This document shows positions 58,436 to 64,000 of a stretch of DNA of 64,000 nucleotides, in pieces. Every line of letters begins with the position of its first letter. Position 1 is the first letter of the stretch. The DNA comes from the human T2T-CHM13v2.0 reference genome, Homo sapiens. A program made the translations under genes and the position numbers. Under the pieces are notes generated by a model. It had not been told where the DNA came from, searched no databases, and was given only the letters and a program-made list of their open reading frames with translations. The stretch lies in the NCBI RefSeq assembly GCF_009914755.1, contig NC_060942.1. One strand, written 5' to 3'.

Positions 58436-58777
58436 AATTTGAAGGAAAAAAGTTATTAAGAAAATTGGAAAATGTGCTGTAAACCTATCTTCAACTATTT
58501 TGGATTCAAGCCTGTGTATGTGACAAATACAGTTGCCATGCTTTTCTCACTTGAGCACATATCCTGCTACTATAACAGCTACAGAACATCGAGCAAAGTG
58601 CGAACTGTGCCCAGAGCCTCTTCTTTGTTGTGCACAGACTGCACATATATTGTATGATAATCACGCACCTCCAGTGAATTGAACCTCTCCTAAGCACTCT
58701 CATTGTACTTACTCTGCTAAACTGCATGCTTATTAAATTTCCTGAGGATCTGTCTGGGAAAGTTGGCCCAGAGTAAA

Positions 58778-58801
58778 TGCTGAGTCATTACGCGACGTCG
58801 C
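58778..58801. promoter_or_regulatory. ARE/NF-E2-MAF site plus adjacent CpG palindrome
   Basis: TGCTGAGTCAT 58778-58788 (minus: ATGACTCAGCATTT); GCGACGTCGC 58792-58801; function not shown. Confidence 0.45.
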
Positions 58802-59215
58802 TATTGTATTTATGGGAAGGCTTCAGGCTATTGATTTGTTCAACAATTTTTAAGGTACTTCTTGGGGAGCAAAAGCAAAAATACAATGTATCTTTAATCA
58901 TTTCTCTGGGTGATTATACACATTTAGCATTCAATATTTTCTCCACTTCAAAAAGGTGTCTAATAGGTAGATAATCCAGGAAGTCAATATTTTAACACAA
59001 GTATTTCTTGTGCTAGTGTCAGGGTGTGATACCTACTTATTTATATTGTAGCAGTCTAGTAATGTGCATATTATAAAATGTTAAACTTCATGACCTTAAG
59101 GACAAATGACAACATTACTATTATTAAAAAAAACTGATAATTGAAAAGAAATCAACAGTAATCCATTACAAAGAATGCAGACAGATGGCTTCTATGGATT
59201 AAACATATAAATTAC

Positions 59216-59614
59216 TGTATTATTTTTCTGGGGCTGCCATAAAAAGATACTATAGACTGGGTCACATGAAAAACACAGCTTTTTTTTGTTTTATTTTGTT
59301 TTTTTTTTTTTTCTCACAGTTCTGGAGACTGTAAATTCAAGATAAAGGTGTCAGCAGGTTTGGTTTTACCTGAGGCCTCTCTCTTCTGCTTGCAGACGGC
59401 CACCTCCTCACTGTGTCATTCATGGCCTTCCCTCTGTGCTCACACATCCCTTGTGTCACTTCCTCTTCTTATGAGAACACCAGTCAGATTGCAGTTAGGA
59501 CCTGGTTTAACCTTAATTACCTCTTTCAAGGCCCTATTTCCAAATACACTCACATTGGAGGTTAGGATTTCAGCCAATGAATTTGGGAGAGATGACACAA
59601 TTCAGCCTATAACA
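59216..59614 (-). mobile_element. MLT1B-like solo LTR
   Basis: ggggctgccataaaaagatactatagactggg...ctcacagttctggagact...gacacaattcagcctataaca; 5-bp TSD attac/atcac. Confidence 0.9.
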
Positions 59615-59889
59615 ATCACTGAATCTAATTGGAGTATTCTTCATGTTTGTAGTAGGATAAATAAAACTTTGCTGATTTACTCGCTTCAGCAGAAAGCTAT
59701 CTTGTTTTTAGTACCCAAACGGTGAAGTCCCCTGTGATTATGAGCATCAGTGTTTTAGTCATGTTCTGGCTTTGAAGCTTCTTTATTCTCTACAGCATCC
59801 AGTCCACTTTGAAAGATAGGACATTGCTGTCTAAGTAAAAGGCCATGTGTTTTTCACTTAAAGTAAAAAGTAATAATTAATTTTAGGTT

Positions 59890-59969
59890 GGCCGGGTGTG
59901 GTGGCTCATGCCTGTAATCCCAGCACTTTGGGAGGCTGAGGCGGGCGGATCACGAGGTCAGGAGATCAA
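59890..59969 (+). mobile_element. Alu 5' fragment, 3'-truncated, no tail
   Basis: ggccgggtgtggtggctcatgcctgtaatcccagcactttgggaggctgaggcgggcggatcacgaggtcaggagatcaa then non-Alu. Confidence 0.93.
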
Positions 59970-61419
59970 AATTTAAACAGTGAGTTTATGATTCACTTTT
60001 CAAGAACTCTCTCAAGTATTATTCTATAGTTGGAACATCTCCAAACCTTATCATCTGCAAACAGTACAAAATTAAAGTTAATAAAGTTAGTAAAACTAAC
60101 TTTAGTAAAACTTTCAGACAACCTTAAATTACCTGGCCTAAGCACTATCACATTCGATAATATCAAGGTCTATCCCACTTGGGGTTCACCCATTATCTTC
60201 TTATAAGTTGATAAGAAGACACCCCATGAATTTGGAAATTTTACTCCCTGAATCCTAAGTTCTATGTTACTTGGACTAGTGTGACTAAATACTTCAAGAG
60301 ATAAATACCGCAGTATCACTAACAGGTTCAAGTTGCCTTTCTTAAATATCTATATAGATTGATCCTGTGATATTGAACTTCTGGAAATAATATTAGAGAG
60401 AAACTCTATTTCAATGAACATCGTTGAAAAGGGCCTTACTAGGTACAGTAAAATTTCAAGAAGTTGATACCAAAATTTACATATCCCAAGCAAAAATAAA
60501 TAGATGACTTTATTCTTATTACGGGGCATCCATTCAATCAAAAAAAATTCAAGTTGATGAGTCTCAGGAATTTCTCAAATCTAGAAATTAATCTGGAAAA
60601 TAATGACAGATGTCACTAAAACACAGCCACGGAAATTTAGCCCATCAAAATTCAGAGCTGTATTAAGGCTATCCTTGCTACCATAAACAGTTTGCTCTAT
60701 TGACACTCCAGCTTGCTTTGCAGCAACTATTTACCTCCCTTCATTTTTCTCATGTTACAAGACTTATTCTTGTTCAGCTAAGTTATGCTTCCATTTTCAA
60801 TAGATTCTGTACCCCTTTGTGTTACTACTTTATTAAGTAAATACAACTTATCCCAAAGCCCAACAGATGAGTTATATTAAACAGTCACAAGAGCTTTGGT
60901 TTCCTCTTAGTTAGCCAAAGGGGAATTTGAGCTATAACAATACTTCTAGCTTTAAGTATATAAATTCTGTAAGTCAAGTAGAACAACCCTTAATTAGGCT
61001 AAAGAACAAAACACAAACAAATGAAGTAACAAAAAAATAAATGCTGGCTCTCAAAATGACCAAGCTGGAATCTGGGATATTTTCATTGCTTGAACTCGAT
61101 AATCTAAGCTCTTGACTTTGGAATCTGTTTCATCATTTAACCATTTTATTTCTGGTAAGCACTATGTTAGAATTTAGTGATTTATTCAAACCTTAAATGG
61201 TCTTAGACAAACATCATCAGGTCAGATTATTCAATAGCTCATTTGGCAAAGAAAAAAAAAGGAAGGACTCGCTTTTGTGTAAAGGTAGAGAGGTTGAAGG
61301 AACCACTTTTAAGCAGCATTCCCTGAACCATCTTCTAATCAGCAAAATCTTTAAACTTTTATCATGAAACCATGCTCTCCAGCCTAATTTTGTCTGCTCA
61401 TGGCCGAAAACATAACAGA

Positions 61420-61955
61420 GAATATGCCAAGAGGATTGTTCAGCCAAGGAGCCAGGCTGGCACTTACCACTAGCCCTTGGTGTTAGCCTGTTGAACATCC
61501 ACAATTGCACAGAATACCAGCATCAGACAAGGCTACTGCAATGGACCAAAACAACAAGAACTCCAGAGCCATGTTTGGGTACAGACAATCACAATTCTTC
61601 TAAATGACAAAAATGGCTAACCTTGCTAATTGCTTTGCTAATATAAGCAAAAGTTTTTTTTTTTTTTTCAAAATCACAGCTTTAACCACTTTTTCGTCCT
61701 CCCACCATTGAGATAAAAAATTTAAAATAATCATAATATTAACCTCAATTCCTGACAGCTCAGAATTCCTCCTGGAATTTTCCCAAGGATCACCTATGAC
61801 AGAACCAAATCCTACAGTGTGATTTTTTTTCTAACAAGCTCTGACTGAAACATCCCAAATTTCCTCATGAAGTACATTGCTCCGTTGCTACAAGTCAATA
61901 AACTCAAATGTGTTTGACTGCATGTTGACTCATGGCTATCATTGACTGCAGGACA
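61420..61955 (+). mobile_element. ERV1 LTR, MER90-like
   Basis: accagcatcagacaaggctact...cagctttaacc...ttcctgacagc...ccaaatccta...aataaactcaa; 5' boundary uncertain. Confidence 0.7.
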
Positions 61956-62163
61956 GTGGTAGTGGTTTAAGTTTGAATATGTATGGGAAATTTGCTTTCC
62001 AGAAAATTCAGGAGCATTATTCCCTCAAGCGTTGAAATATTAACAGAAAAAAAAAGAAAAAGCTGAGATTACAAGATCATATTACCAACTGCATTCTTTT
62101 ATGGTGTCTTACTCAAGTATCTTGCCAAAAGGATAAGGACTAGATAGTCAAAATATTATATTT

Positions 62164-63962
62164 TATTTTTATTTTTACTTTTTTGGTAAATTTTATTTAT
62201 TTATTAATTTTTAAAAAACTTTTATTTTAGGTTTGGGTGTACAAGTGCAGTTTTGTTACATAGGTAAACTTATGTCACAGGGGTTTGTTTTACGCATTAT
62301 TTCATCACCCAGCTATTAAGCCCAGTACCCAATAATCTTTTCTGGTCCTCTCCCTCCTCTCACCCTTCACTCTCAAGTAGTCCCCAGTGTCTGTAGTTTT
62401 CTTTTGTGTGTTCATAAGTTCTCATCATTTAGCTCTCACTTGTAAATGAGAACATGTGGTATTTGGTTTTCTATTCCTACATTATTTTGCTAAGAATAAT
62501 AGCCTTCAGCTCCATCCATGTTCCTACAGAATGTACGATCTTGTTCTTTTTAATGGCTGCATAGTGTTCCATGGTGTATAGTTACCACATTTTCTTTATC
62601 CAATCTGTCATTGATCAGTGTTTAGATTGATTTCATGTCTTTGCTATTGTGAATAGTGACATGTGAATAGTGACATAAAGACTCATGCATGTGTCTTTAT
62701 GATAGAATGATTTATATTCCTCTGGGTATATACCCACTAATGAGATCACTTGGTCTAATGGTAGTTTTGCTCTTAGCTCTTTGAGGAATTGCCACACTGC
62801 CTTCCAAAATGGTTTAACTAATTTATACTCCCTCCAACAGTGGTATAAACGTTTCGTTTTCTCTGCAACTTTGCCAGCATCTGTTATTTTTTGACTTTTT
62901 TATATGTGAGATGATATCTCATTGTGATTTTGATTTGCACTTCTTTAATGATCAGTGATATTGAGCTTCTTTTCATATGCCTGTTGATCACATGTATGTC
63001 TTCCTTTAAAAAGTATCTGTTCATGTCCTTTGCCCACTTTTTAATGGGGTTGTATGTTTTTCTCTGATAAATTTGTTTAAGTTCCTTATAGATACTGGAT
63101 ATTGGACCTTTGTCATATCCATAGTTTGCAAATATTTTCTCCCAATCTATAGATCGTCTGTTAGCTCTGACGATATTTTATTTTACTCTGAAGAAGCTCA
63201 TAAGTGTAAGTAGATCCCACTTGTCAATTTTTGCTTTTGTTGTGATTGCTGTTGGTGTCTTTGTCCTGAAATCTTTGTCCATTTCTATGTCCAGGATGGT
63301 ATTACCTAAGTTGTCTTTCCGGATTTTTATGGTTTTGGGTTTTACATGTAAGTCTTTAATCTATCTTGAGTTGATTTTTGTATATGGTGTAAGGAAAGGG
63401 TCCAGCTTCAATCTTCTGCATATGGCTAGCCAGTTATCCCAACATCATTTATTGAATAGGGAGTCTTTTCTCCATTGTTTTGTTTTGTTTTTATCTCTTT
63501 ATGGGAGATCAGAAATGGTCACAGTTGTGTCACCTTATTTCTGGGCTTTCTATTCTGTTCCATTGCTCTAGGTGTCTGCTTTTGTACCAGTACTATGCTA
63601 TTTTGGTTACTGTAGCCCTGTAGTATAGTTTGAAGTTGGGTAACATTATGCCTCTGGCTTTTTACTTTTTACTTTTTATGGTTGCCTTGGCTATTTGGGT
63701 TCTTTTTTTGGTTTCATATGAATTGTGAAATAGGTGTTTTTCCTAGTTCTGTGAAGAATGTCATCAGTAATCTGATAGAAATAGCATTGAATCTTTAAAT
63801 TGCTTTGGACAGTATAGCCATTTTAATGATATTTAGTCTTCCTATCCATGAGTATGGGATGTTTATCCATTTGTTTGAGTCTTCTCTGATTTCTTTGAGT
63901 AGTGATTTGTAATTCTCATTGCAGAGATATTTTGCCTCCCTGGTTAGCTGTATTCATAAGGA
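62164..63962 (-). mobile_element. L1PA13/14-like, 5'-truncated
   Basis: T-rich tail, antisense 3'UTR and ORF2; TSD aaaatattata(t/c)tt at 62150-62163 and 63963-63976. Confidence 0.94.
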
Positions 63963-64000
63963 AAAATATTATACTTAAGTATGATCTGTCAACAATACAA

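Noticed and set aside
59348-59725. 125-aa ORF
   Set aside because: Antisense MLT1B LTR translation

Overview
AT-rich, CpG-poor primate (very probably human) intergenic or deep-intronic DNA. I find no host protein-coding gene, rRNA, tRNA or CRISPR array. About half or more of the window is interspersed repeat: L1 of many ages (L1PA3/4 to L1ME), Alus (J, S, Y), L2, MIR, L3, MaLR and ERV1 LTRs, and the DNA transposons MADE1 and MER30. The only long ORF (522 aa) is the C-terminal part of L1 ORF2; the other ORFs I examined are microsatellite, Alu or L1 artefacts or short unrecognised frames. I see no new multi-gene system. The best signals are structural: five 5'-inverted (twin-primed) L1s of different ages, one broken in the loop of the L1 3'UTR hairpin; a 220-bp duplication of an L1 inversion junction; two rearranged MADE1 hairpins; and chimeric or tail-less Alus. 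Candidate regulatory sites include a perfect NRF2/MAF ARE beside a CpG palindrome and three full CREs, and there are a few candidate spliced exons. Subfamily names come from recalled consensus sequences, and boundaries of old repeats are approximate; confirm with RepeatMasker/Dfam.
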